A DNA stretch of 20,000 bases from an uncultured virus (IMG/VR IMGVR_UViG_3300002219_000133) (Duplodnaviria; Heunggongvirae; Uroviricota; Caudoviricetes): IMG/VR virus record IMGVR_UViG_3300002219_000133. The stretch is one strand, 5' to 3'. Positions 7,995 through 16,157 of the stretch are shown in pieces (the first letter of the stretch is position 1; each line of letters opens with the position of its first letter). The notes under the pieces were generated by a model. It saw only the letters and a program-made list of their open reading frames with translations, was not told where the DNA came from and ran no database searches. The position numbers were made by a program, and so were the translations under genes.

Positions 7995-8874
7995 TATTTA
8001 TTGCTCCAGTTATTATTTTTTCAATCAACTCAAAATAAAAATCGGTGATTTCATCATTAGTTATAAAACAATCTACTAAATTTATTCCACCAGCATTTTT
8101 ATGCCCTCCAATTGTATTTATTTGAGTCATAGATTCAATAGATTTAAATATGGGTGTCAAATCATCATCTTTTGAACGAATACTTATCTTTAATCTATCG
8201 CTAACAATAAAATAAAAATCAAATCCGGGGTAGTTCAATGTTATTTCATTGATGTATTTATTTGCATATATTAATAGAAATCTCTTATCATGTAATGTTA
8301 CATCATATTGTTCGCACTTTTCAAAATACTCTTGTATATTCTGTTTATATTTTTTAAACAATGGTTTAAATGCATTAACTTTTGTATCATCATATCCATT
8401 TTTAAACATATCAACAAACGAATTAAACTTTCTTTCCCAAAAAATGTAATTCAATATTTGAGATTCTTCTTCTTTTAATTGCCACAAATCATAATCATTT
8501 GTTAAATAAGCTAATCGTTTCAAACTATCTGAAAACGTTTTATCCTTAAAAAACTTCAATACGTTTCCAGCAGCGCAAAACTTATCATTAATATATATTT
8601 TAACTTTATCTGTGCTTTTGTTTTTATGTTCTAATGAACTTTGATGATGATCAATCCAAAGAATATTATTATTAGAAGCAAGCATATTTCTAACATGATA
8701 TTCATCAAGACTTAAATCTGTTATGATAAGACATTTTTCATTCATGATATATTCATCTAAAACATCATTTATAGTGTTGTAACCAATAGCCTTAACAACC
8801 AATTGTTTAATAAACGTTTTAAGCAGAATAGCGCAAACTGCTCCATCAAGATCGTAATGTGTAACCAATTTCAT
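7981..8874 (-). CDS. DHH/DHHA1 family phosphoesterase (NrnA/RecJ-like)
   Basis: THYDLDG, ITDLS, WIDHH, DYDLW, SIRS, GGHKNAGG. Confidence 0.9.
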   Translation of the reverse strand: MKLVTHYDLDGAVCAILLKTFIKQLVVKAIGYNTINDVLDEYIMNEKCLIITDLSLDEYHVRNMLASNNNILWIDHHQSSLEHKNKSTDKVKIYINDKFCAAGNVLKFFKDKTFSDSLKRLAYLTNDYDLWQLKEEESQILNYIFWERKFNSFVDMFKNGYDDTKVNAFKPLFKKYKQNIQEYFEKCEQYDVTLHDKRFLLIYANKYINEITLNYPGFDFYFIVSDRLKISIRSKDDDLTPIFKSIESMTQINTIGGHKNAGGINLVDCFITNDEITDFYFELIEKIITGAINNARA

Positions 8875-8896
8875 TATTCAATCTCCTTAAATTTTA

Positions 8897-8925
8897 AATA
8901 TACACCTCGATGTATTTTTTTAATA
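8897..8925 (-). promoter_or_regulatory. putative WATTAA-N17-TATWWT promoter (DHH-33-59 operon)
   Basis: TATTAA 8925-8920, 17 nt, TATATT 8902-8897. Confidence 0.5.
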
Positions 8926-8930
8926 AAATA

Positions 8931-8960
8931 GTTTACATATTTCAAAAACTAGTGTATTAT
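8931..8960 (+). promoter_or_regulatory. early promoter, T4 Pe-like
   Basis: GTTTACA (TTTACA 8932-8937), 17 nt, TATTAT 8955-8960; AT-rich UP region. Confidence 0.7.
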
Positions 8961-8991
8961 TAAATTATAGATAAAACAAAGGAGATTTGAA

Positions 8992-9297
8992 ATGAATGAA
9001 TTAAATCTTACTGAACTTGAAAAAATCGTTATGAACTGTGTTATAAAAGAATGTTTTTATGATAATGGATTCGCTTCAACTCCATGGCTAGATTGTTTCC
9101 TAGCTACAGTTAAATCAATCACAACATTTGAAACTAAAATAACACGTGCAATCATATCTTCATTATCAAAAAAGAATATGATTTCAGTTGGTGGTGACGG
9201 AAGAGATAAATTCTTCGAACTCGAAGAAAATGGAAAAAAATATCTCTTAGAAACAAAACAGGTTGATGCTAATGGTTATCCCATAAAAGGAGAATGA
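8992..9297 (+). CDS. winged helix-turn-helix protein (early)
   Basis: LTELEKIVM...TRAIISSLSKKNMISV...FFELEENGKKYL wHTH pattern; AAAGGAG RBS. Confidence 0.75.
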   Translation: MNELNLTELEKIVMNCVIKECFYDNGFASTPWLDCFLATVKSITTFETKITRAIISSLSKKNMISVGGDGRDKFFELEENGKKYLLETKQVDANGYPIKGE

Positions 9298-9299
9298 AT

Positions 9300-9473
9300 A
9301 TGGAAGTTTATGTTATAATAGTCAATGGAAGAGTATCAATTGAAGGATACGATTCTGAGGATAAGGCAATAGCATTTATTGAAAGTCGATCAGATCATCC
9401 TGAAAAAATAAATGGATGGTTATATAAATCGAAACGGAATCAATATACAATACATTCAATAGCAATTAAATAA
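9300..9473 (+). CDS. hypothetical protein (57 aa); not in ORF track
   Basis: AAAGGAG RBS inside the upstream gene end; MEVYVIIVNGRVSIEGYDSEDKAIAFIESR...IAIK*; followed by terminator. Confidence 0.8.
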   Translation: MEVYVIIVNGRVSIEGYDSEDKAIAFIESRSDHPEKINGWLYKSKRNQYTIHSIAIK

Positions 9474-9477
9474 AGAT

Positions 9478-9512
9478 AAAAAGAGCTTAATCTAATAAAT
9501 TAAGCTCTTTTT
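9478..9512. terminator. bidirectional terminator between convergent genes
   Basis: AAAAAGAGCTTAAT-CTAATAA-ATTAAGCTCTTTTT, 14-bp stem. Confidence 0.8.
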
Positions 9513-9514
9513 GT

Positions 9515-9700
9515 TTATTTTTGTTCTTTTAAAAACTTTTCCCATAATTCTTTGACTGTTAATTGATCTAACAATTTTGTTTGTTTTTCTATCCAATTGG
9601 CAAATTTTGGATTATCAAACATCTCCATAAAACCCATCATCTTATCGTAAACCATTTCTTTGACTATTTTTTGTTCGGTATAATCTTTAAATGTTTTCAT
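9515..9700 (-). CDS. small putative internal head protein (capsid-targeting-like N-terminus)
   Basis: Starts MKTFKDYTE, like T4 internal proteins; GGAG RBS. Confidence 0.6.
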   Translation of the reverse strand: MKTFKDYTEQKIVKEMVYDKMMGFMEMFDNPKFANWIEKQTKLLDQLTVKELWEKFLKEQK

Positions 9701-10712
9701 TATTTTTGCTCCAATTTATTTTGCCACGCCCTTTAATAAATCCGTTTGGAATTATATCTGTTTCTGATAACATTACTGATTTATTAGTTTCTGGATTATA
9801 ATACCATTTTTTATTTTTTGTGTGTCCGATTGTATTTTCCGAAGTATATCTTCCCAAAATAAATCCATCTGGAATATTATTTCCTTCTTTTATTAATTTA
9901 TTTTCATGTGTGAATGGATTATAATAGCATCTACTATTTTTATTAGTGTCCTTTTCAGGACGCCCTTTAATAAAGCCGAAAGGAATCTCTTGATCAAATA
10001 AAATTCTTTTAGAAATATTAGTTTCTGGATTATAATACCAAATCCCAGGATCATAATTCGTAAGGCTTTGACTAATTTTTATACGATGATTTAAAGATTT
10101 TGGTTTATTAATATGTGTTTGACTAATTTTTTGGCGTGTTTCGTCACTTACATAATGTTTCATTTGAGAGCGACTCATTTTTTGTTTAGTTTCATATGTA
10201 TGTTTTTTGCCTAACTGAACTTGTCTAAACTTTTCTTTAATTTCGTCCGAATATGTTCGTCCCTTAATACTTTTTGATAGATTTTTTCTATGCTCAGCTG
10301 TGAAAATTCTGTTTTTAAGAATAATACTTAATTTTTGACGTGTTTCTTCGCTAATACCTTTATGATTTCCACCACTTCTAAGATTATATCCATTAGGCGC
10401 TAAACAATTTTCTTTTATAATCCAATCGTATTCTTTTTGATTAAGTTCGCTTAAAGAATATGCTATGCCGATCTCTTCAACTATAAAGTTTTCTATTCCA
10501 TATTTACGCATAGATCGATGAATATAATTTTTTGAATTATGATTTGCGCCAAACATATGAGCGTTAAATCTTTGTTTGATAGTTTTAGTCGTTTGTCCGA
10601 TATAAATTCTTCCTGTAATCATATTAGTTATCTTATAAATTCGACCATAGATTTTATCAGAAAAATAATCATTTAAGTTTACAATTTCTTCATTCTGTAG
10701 TATATTATTCAT
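9687..10712 (-). mobile_element. free-standing GIY-YIG homing endonuclease (Seg-like) with NUMOD3 repeats
   Basis: RIYKITN...IYIGQT...RF..H, catalytic E (QKEYDWI), GYNL..GG, ~5 NUMOD3-like repeats (SEETRQKLS, TYETKQKMS), three YYNP...IPxGFIxGR repeats. Confidence 0.92.
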
Positions 10713-10716
10713 ATAG

Positions 10717-10791
10717 CAATTAACTCCATAATAGTTGATTGTTATGAGAGATAGTAGTTAGTAGCTACTATCTCTCATTTTTATTATTTAC
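10717..10791 (-). promoter_or_regulatory. homing endonuclease leader: TAAATA motif plus two hairpins
   Basis: GTAAATA 10791-10785; 14-bp perfect IR 10744-10778; imperfect stem 10717-10741 overlapping the GGAG RBS. Confidence 0.6.
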
Positions 10792-10801
10792 TAATTAATA
10801 T

Positions 10802-11596
10802 TTAATCAAAAATTTCAGTTTGGCATTTGATATCATCATTGAAATTTAATTTCAATTTAACTAAAACAAAATCACTTGGTATAGGAGCATAACCGCCTTT
10901 TGCGGCATATCCATGACAAGAAGTTTTCAAAGCAGATCCACAACCTATAAAATATTGAATAAATTCTGAAATTTGATCTTTTTGATTTAAATATCGAATA
11001 ATTTTTCTGCTACAAATATTTATATGATGGTGTCCAACAAAAAAGATATTGCTAAGCGGTGCTCTAAAATGCAATTTTTCAATAGAATTTAATTTTGTTC
11101 CACTAGTTCCAGAACCGCCGGTGCCATGATGAATAAATAATGCTATTGATCTCTTAGTATTTTTATTTTTTTTGCTTGTTAATTTTAAATTAAAAAAATA
11201 TTCATTTTTCTGATAAGGAATATCTAAATTCATTGCAATAAGTGCTGATATATCAACACCTGTAAATTTTTCTGTTCTATATTCGTGATTACCACTAACT
11301 GATAATAGTATCTTATCTTTAATTGGTTTTAATAAATTTACAATTTGTTCAACTTGCTCTTGAACTTGATATTTTTGAGTATGGACTGCATTAATTTTAT
11401 TATCATATACATTATTTTCAATCAAATCGCCTAACAAAATTGTATAACAATTATCATTATTTTTAATATAGTCAATTGCTTTATTGATTAATTCTTCATC
11501 GCATTCTTTTGAACCAAGATGCAAATCCGAGAGTGGTAATAATTCTACTTCAGTATCATCAATTATCTTAACATTTTCTATTTTCATTTTTAACAC
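10802..11596 (-). CDS. calcineurin-like metallophosphoesterase
   Basis: SDLH, LGDLIE, GNHE, HHG, GHHH motifs; start may be ATG 11587. Confidence 0.9.
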   Translation of the reverse strand: MLKMKIENVKIIDDTEVELLPLSDLHLGSKECDEELINKAIDYIKNNDNCYTILLGDLIENNVYDNKINAVHTQKYQVQEQVEQIVNLLKPIKDKILLSVSGNHEYRTEKFTGVDISALIAMNLDIPYQKNEYFFNLKLTSKKNKNTKRSIALFIHHGTGGSGTSGTKLNSIEKLHFRAPLSNIFFVGHHHINICSRKIIRYLNQKDQISEFIQYFIGCGSALKTSCHGYAAKGGYAPIPSDFVLVKLKLNFNDDIKCQTEIFD

Positions 11597-12101
11597 TTAC
11601 TTCCTTTCCAGGACTACAGTATCTATCCCGATCAATATCCATTATCCAACCACTTTCTTCATTTTCTATTGTGAAAGCTTTTCCTTTGTTTTCTCTGCAC
11701 CATCTACCAATTGGATGACCGTAAAAATTCTGATACCATTTTCCTTTATCTCTATTATAAAAACCAATCTTATGAAACATATCATTGCTAACTTTAAAAA
11801 CTGGTTTGCCAAACAGCAATCGATCTGGTTGCGCTATATCTGCAGATTGTGTAGGAATCTCCCCTTCTTCACACACATAATCAAAAAATGAATCTACTAT
11901 TTGGATCAATTGCGATTCACTAGTAGACTCATTCTCTCCAATAATGTTTTTAAAAATTCCTGTTACATAGCCCCAGAAATTTTCATCAGTTTCTTTTCTA
12001 TCTTTAAGAGCTATCTCTTTTGCTTTATCCCAGTATGATTCTAACTTATCAATTGATATTCCAGATTCTTCTGACATTTTTTTAATGTATGCTGTTGGCA
12101 T
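11568..12101 (-). CDS. conserved hypothetical large-phage protein (start revised to MPTAY)
   Basis: AAAGGA RBS before ATG 12101, 7 nt after the upstream stop; SGISIDKLESYWDKAK...FWGYVTGIFK. Confidence 0.7.
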   Translation of the reverse strand: MPTAYIKKMSEESGISIDKLESYWDKAKEIALKDRKETDENFWGYVTGIFKNIIGENESTSESQLIQIVDSFFDYVCEEGEIPTQSADIAQPDRLLFGKPVFKVSNDMFHKIGFYNRDKGKWYQNFYGHPIGRWCRENKGKAFTIENEESGWIMDIDRDRYCSPGKEVSVKNENRKC

Positions 12102-12108
12102 ATATAAA

Positions 12109-12486
12109 TCATCCTTTTTGATATTTTTTCTCAATTAACCAATTTAAAACAATTCCTTCAACTGGAACTGTTGTTTCGGTAACAATATTTGAACTATAAT
12201 TGCATGATTCATCTAGAGCTTCAATAAATCCATCAGTTAAAAATTCTTTAAAAACTTTATGACGAATAATTCCCTTATTAGGAACATACTTCATAAATGT
12301 TATTTTAATCTTTCTAATTAATTCATCAAAAACATTATACACTTCTCGTTCTGAACTATTTGGCTCTCTTAGCTTATTTCCATTTTCATCAATAATTCCG
12401 AGCTGATATGCTCTCCAATAATGAAAAGGTTTTAAAAGTAAAAGCTTCATTTTTCTCTGCAAATACAATTCAAACGATTCAAACAT
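12109..12486 (-). CDS. T4 61.2-like conserved hypothetical protein
   Basis: LLKPFHYWRAYQLGIIDENGNKLREP...YNVFDELIRKIK motif; lies downstream of gp41 as in T4-like phages. Confidence 0.6.
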   Translation of the reverse strand: MFESFELYLQRKMKLLLLKPFHYWRAYQLGIIDENGNKLREPNSSEREVYNVFDELIRKIKITFMKYVPNKGIIRHKVFKEFLTDGFIEALDESCNYSSNIVTETTVPVEGIVLNWLIEKKYQKG

Positions 12487-12489
12487 TTT

Positions 12490-12738
12490 TTAAATTCCTT
12501 TGACGATCAAATCGATAGCTTCATCATAGTTGATATTATACTTATTCATAATCGAATCTATTTGTGTATCATGCTTACTCATCAAATAATCTATAAAGTC
12601 TACCATTTTATCAGCATCTTTTCGAAATGCTTGAAGTAGATTTATTGCTTTTTGATCAGCCATAATAATTGTTTTAACATCCTTTTGAAAAGCTTTAACA
12701 TCCTTTGATTCAAATACTAATTGACTAAAATTTATCAT
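12490..12738 (-). CDS. hypothetical protein (82 aa)
   Basis: AAAGGA RBS; MINFSQLVFES N-terminus resembles cleavable head-protein leaders. Confidence 0.7.
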   Translation of the reverse strand: MINFSQLVFESKDVKAFQKDVKTIIMADQKAINLLQAFRKDADKMVDFIDYLMSKHDTQIDSIMNKYNINYDEAIDLIVKGI

Positions 12739-12752
12739 ACTATTTCAATCCT

Positions 12753-13010
12753 TTATATCAATTTCCATGGAGCAAAATCATTCTTTTTAACTGTCTTGGC
12801 CATTTCATTACTTATTTCTTCATAGTGTTTTATACAAACATTGGAATACTGCATTGCTATATTCTGGCATCCTTTTATTGAACACATTCTTATATTTATA
12901 TCTTCATCAAAATCATCTTCAATTATTGGTTCGTCATTATTCAAAAGTTTTTCTTTAAATTCATCATCTTGCCTTGCTTCTTTTCGTAACTTTTTTGCTT
13001 TTTTTGACAA
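12753..13010 (-). CDS. hypothetical protein with C-x4-C-x10-C-x2-H Zn motif
   Basis: TTG start after GAGGA; CSIKGC...CIKH. Confidence 0.65.
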   Translation of the reverse strand: MSKKAKKLRKEARQDDEFKEKLLNNDEPIIEDDFDEDINIRMCSIKGCQNIAMQYSNVCIKHYEEISNEMAKTVKKNDFAPWKLI

Positions 13011-13037
13011 AGTAAAGTTTCCTCTCTTTGTAGAACT

Positions 13038-14402
13038 TTAAGACCAATCAACGCCATCAACATTCAATTCTTTCATACGATTATTATTATTTACTACATT
13101 AACCCTTGTTTTAATTTCTGGTTCATCATCATTGGATGTATTGAATTGAGTAGTATCTGAGACTGTGCATATTGAAAAATCATGTTCTACTAAAAATTTA
13201 TACCCCTTTAAATCGGAATAACGAAGTTTTAACGCTTTCCACATTTGTCTTTTTTGCTCGATTAATGCTGGAGTTTGAATAATAGCAAATTGGCTATCAA
13301 CAGTCATTGGAACACCATAACTATCAGATGTATCATCTAAATTTAAATCTGAGGCACCTTCACCACCTCTGTTAGTTTGCGTAGCAGACCAACATGCCAT
13401 ATTATATTGACAAGCAAGCCCTCTAAGCTCTTCAGCAATTGCTTTACCTATTTCATATAACGAAGATATTTTAAACCTCGTAGACGTCATCAGATTTAAA
13501 TAGTCAACAAAAATTATATCTGGTACAAAACCTTCTTTTGTTTTAAGAGCGTCTAATAATGCTCGAATGTGATTAACATTTGCCGTTGCCGTTGGATATT
13601 CTTTAACATATAAATTAGATTTTAACGTATCAGCAAAATCTTTCATTTTGCCGCAATACAATTCTTTACTTAACCTTGGAACATCATTAATTGGAATCTT
13701 CAAAAAGTTTGCATCAATTCTTTGTCTTATATTCTCTTCTGACATTTCGCATGTAACATATAAAACATTATATCCACGCCTCAAATAGCCAGAAGCTAAA
13801 GACACCATTGCTGAAGTTTTGCCCGTGTTTGTTGGAGCCAATAATAGGTTTAAAGTCTTTCTTTCCACTCCGCCATCACAACATAAATTTAAAGCGGATA
13901 TATGTGATTCAAATTTCTCTTTTGTTTCATTATAAAAATCAAATTGTTTTTCATAATCTCTAAGAAATGAATTGCCTATTGATTCATTAAAGTTAATCGC
14001 GAATACAGCTCGCATCTTATCGAGCATATCATCCAATGGTTTATTAGATCCAACACGTTCAGCGCTTTCTGATATAACTAATTTAAAAGCTTCTGTTCTT
14101 ATCCATTTCTTTGTTTCATTTGTCAGCCATTCTAAATTATAATCAGTTGGAGCTTTAATTTCTTCTACGTATTCAATAACTTTATGATATGTATCCTCAT
14201 TGATTTCAATATCATTACCCATTTCAATGAGTAATTCATTCCAATGTGGCATAGCCATATATTTTTGAAAATAATTGGCTGTATATTTATAAATTAACTT
14301 GGTTTCATTATAGCTAAAATAATCACTTTTTAAAAATGGTAAAAATTCTGATCCATAGTTCGTATTGTTGATGATGTTTTGGAAGATGACTTTTTCGAAC
14401 AT
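13038..14402 (-). CDS. gp41: DnaB-like replicative helicase, T4 gp41 family
   Basis: Walker A APTNTGKT, YVTCEMSE, KEYPT, FVPDIIFVDYLNL, AEELRGLA, SATQTNR, KLRY. Confidence 0.95.
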   Translation of the reverse strand: MFEKVIFQNIINNTNYGSEFLPFLKSDYFSYNETKLIYKYTANYFQKYMAMPHWNELLIEMGNDIEINEDTYHKVIEYVEEIKAPTDYNLEWLTNETKKWIRTEAFKLVISESAERVGSNKPLDDMLDKMRAVFAINFNESIGNSFLRDYEKQFDFYNETKEKFESHISALNLCCDGGVERKTLNLLLAPTNTGKTSAMVSLASGYLRRGYNVLYVTCEMSEENIRQRIDANFLKIPINDVPRLSKELYCGKMKDFADTLKSNLYVKEYPTATANVNHIRALLDALKTKEGFVPDIIFVDYLNLMTSTRFKISSLYEIGKAIAEELRGLACQYNMACWSATQTNRGGEGASDLNLDDTSDSYGVPMTVDSQFAIIQTPALIEQKRQMWKALKLRYSDLKGYKFLVEHDFSICTVSDTTQFNTSNDDEPEIKTRVNVVNNNNRMKELNVDGVDWS

Positions 14403-14418
14403 ACAATAAGATCCTTTA

Positions 14419-14466
14419 AAACAAATGAGAATTAGTATACCATAATATACTAATTCTCATTTGTTT
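14419..14466. repeat. 21-bp perfect inverted repeat upstream of helicase
   Basis: AAACAAATGAGAATTAGTATA-CCATAA-TATACTAATTCTCATTTGTTT. Confidence 0.9.
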
Positions 14467-14470
14467 AATT
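14442..14470 (-). promoter_or_regulatory. putative WATTAA-N17-TATWWT promoter (helicase)
   Basis: AATTAA 14470-14465, 17 nt, TATTAT 14447-14442. Confidence 0.45.
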
Positions 14471-14471
14471 G

Positions 14472-14804
14472 TTATTTTGCGACTGTGTCCAAAACCTTTT
14501 TCTGATTCTTTCTAATCAATTCAAGATGTTCTTCTTCAGAAATAAATGGCGGTATTTCTTTTTTAATTTCTTCATCATGAATTAGTGCTAATTTATCATC
14601 AGCATCAAACATCATAGCAATATTCTCTTCATTCATATTTATTGCAAGATGTTTTGCAGCTTTGAAAGGTATCATTTTAACATATTTATCTATCCATTGC
14701 ACAACAAAAACATTAGAAAGAGAAAGATATCCGGTCAATGAATTATCATTAACATCTGCAATAATATCAATGTTTGGGTGTTTCAATACTAATACACGTT
14801 TCAT
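14472..14804 (-). CDS. hypothetical protein, possibly Sm-like fold
   Basis: VLVLK...DIIADV...LSLSNVFVV...MIPF pattern like small Sm-like proteins of T4-like phages; AGGAG RBS. Confidence 0.6.
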   Translation of the reverse strand: MKRVLVLKHPNIDIIADVNDNSLTGYLSLSNVFVVQWIDKYVKMIPFKAAKHLAINMNEENIAMMFDADDKLALIHDEEIKKEIPPFISEEEHLELIRKNQKKVLDTVAK

Positions 14805-14832
14805 GGAATTCTCCTAAATTTAAAGTAAGATA

Positions 14833-14861
14833 ATTATAACTCAAGATATGTATTTTTAATT
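14833..14861 (-). promoter_or_regulatory. putative WATTAA-N17-TATWWT promoter
   Basis: AATTAA 14861-14856, 17 nt, TATAAT 14838-14833. Confidence 0.5.
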
Positions 14862-16155
14862 AAACATTATCTCCCCATAACATTGTTGCAACTTTTGTTT
14901 CACCAATATTTCCATCTTCGTTTAAAATACCAATATATTTATTATTTGTGAGATAATCAAAATTTTGCATTAATAATGCTGGAGATAAAATTTCTCCACT
15001 ACCAATTAAATAAACCGTTATATATGGCAATCCATAATGCGCCGCGGCTAAAAACATATTATTAGCAGAAATATCAATACCCAAACCAGTATTTGGTAAC
15101 ATCAAATTTGCGGTCTCATTAAATTCGTATCTACTGGTTGTTTCATTCCACAAATACATTTTTATTCTTGAACCACCTGAATGTACAATTCCAAGTATCT
15201 CTCCATCATTTGAGAATGCTACGCCATACACAATTCCTTCTGGTATTGTGTCAATTGTGTTATTTAGTTCAAATCTGTTATTCAGTTCATTCCATGTATA
15301 AGTATTTAAATACGGAGAAGAAATGTAGCCAACTGCCAAATCATTTCCATTTAATGATAAATCAACATCGCGAACTGTAGATGCTGGGTACGTATTTGGG
15401 GCTGCAGTATTTTCATACCTATTATTTATTGAGTTCCACTTGTAAGTGAATAGATAAGGAGAAGAATCTCCGCCAACAGCTAAAAATTGTCCATCAGCTG
15501 AAATAGATACGCCATATCCATTGACGGTTGGAAATGTTGAACTAACATTTGCTGTTTTGATATATTGAGTTTCTAAAACATTTAATTTATATGTTGAAAT
15601 ACATGGCGATGATGTATGAGCAATAGCTAAATATTGGCCATCTGCTGAAAGTGCAGCTCCAATTCCATTCCCAGCTGGAATGATGTCCGGTTGTGTTAAC
15701 AATTCATATCTATTATTTCCAACATTCCATTTGTATGTACGAACATAAGGTGATGTTGAATGCGAGATAGCTAAAAATTGACCATCTGAAGACATTGAAA
15801 CACCGCGACCGGCTCCAGCCGGAAGAACACTTGGGGCATTTGTAACTTCATACATTAAACTAGATTCATTTAATGTATATGTTTTTAAAAATGGTGTTGT
15901 TTCGATGGATATTGCTAAATAATGTCCATCGGCTGATATTGATATACCAAATGTGTTATTTGGTAACACACTAGCTGGAGCTGTCATTTTGAGCGGATGT
16001 TCTATATCATAAATAATACTTTTGGCCGCTATAACATCGCCCTGTAATAAATTTTCGCCAAGCACAACATCTTTTAAAAAAGTATTATTTATTTCGTAAC
16101 CTCCGCCACCGCTTCCTCCGCCTATCAAACCATGTAAATATTGATCGCTTAGCAT
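14860..16155 (-). CDS. 7-bladed WD40-like beta-propeller virion protein, paralog B (start revised to MLSDQ)
   Basis: Seven SxSADGQ[FY]LA...TYKWN..NNRYE repeats; GAGGAG RBS before ATG 16155; N-terminus aligns with paralog A start. Confidence 0.8.
   Translation of the reverse strand: MLSDQYLHGLIGGGSGGGGYEINNTFLKDVVLGENLLQGDVIAAKSIIYDIEHPLKMTAPASVLPNNTFGISISADGHYLAISIETTPFLKTYTLNESSLMYEVTNAPSVLPAGAGRGVSMSSDGQFLAISHSTSPYVRTYKWNVGNNRYELLTQPDIIPAGNGIGAALSADGQYLAIAHTSSPCISTYKLNVLETQYIKTANVSSTFPTVNGYGVSISADGQFLAVGGDSSPYLFTYKWNSINNRYENTAAPNTYPASTVRDVDLSLNGNDLAVGYISSPYLNTYTWNELNNRFELNNTIDTIPEGIVYGVAFSNDGEILGIVHSGGSRIKMYLWNETTSRYEFNETANLMLPNTGLGIDISANNMFLAAAHYGLPYITVYLIGSGEILSPALLMQNFDYLTNNKYIGILNEDGNIGETKVATMLWGDNV
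16035..16150. repeat. 116-bp direct repeat, copy 1 (5' end of propeller paralog B)
   Basis: Matches 17345..17460 with 15 mismatches by manual count, including a 57/58 block. Confidence 0.9.
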
Positions 16156-16157
16156 GA

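Noticed and set aside
9687..10800. Group I intron around the GIY-YIG gene
   Set aside because: Flanking genes are intact and the ~90-nt leader is too short for an intron core
13038..14402. Intein in the helicase or ligase
   Set aside because: Normal lengths, with no C...HN-[CST] splice motifs seen
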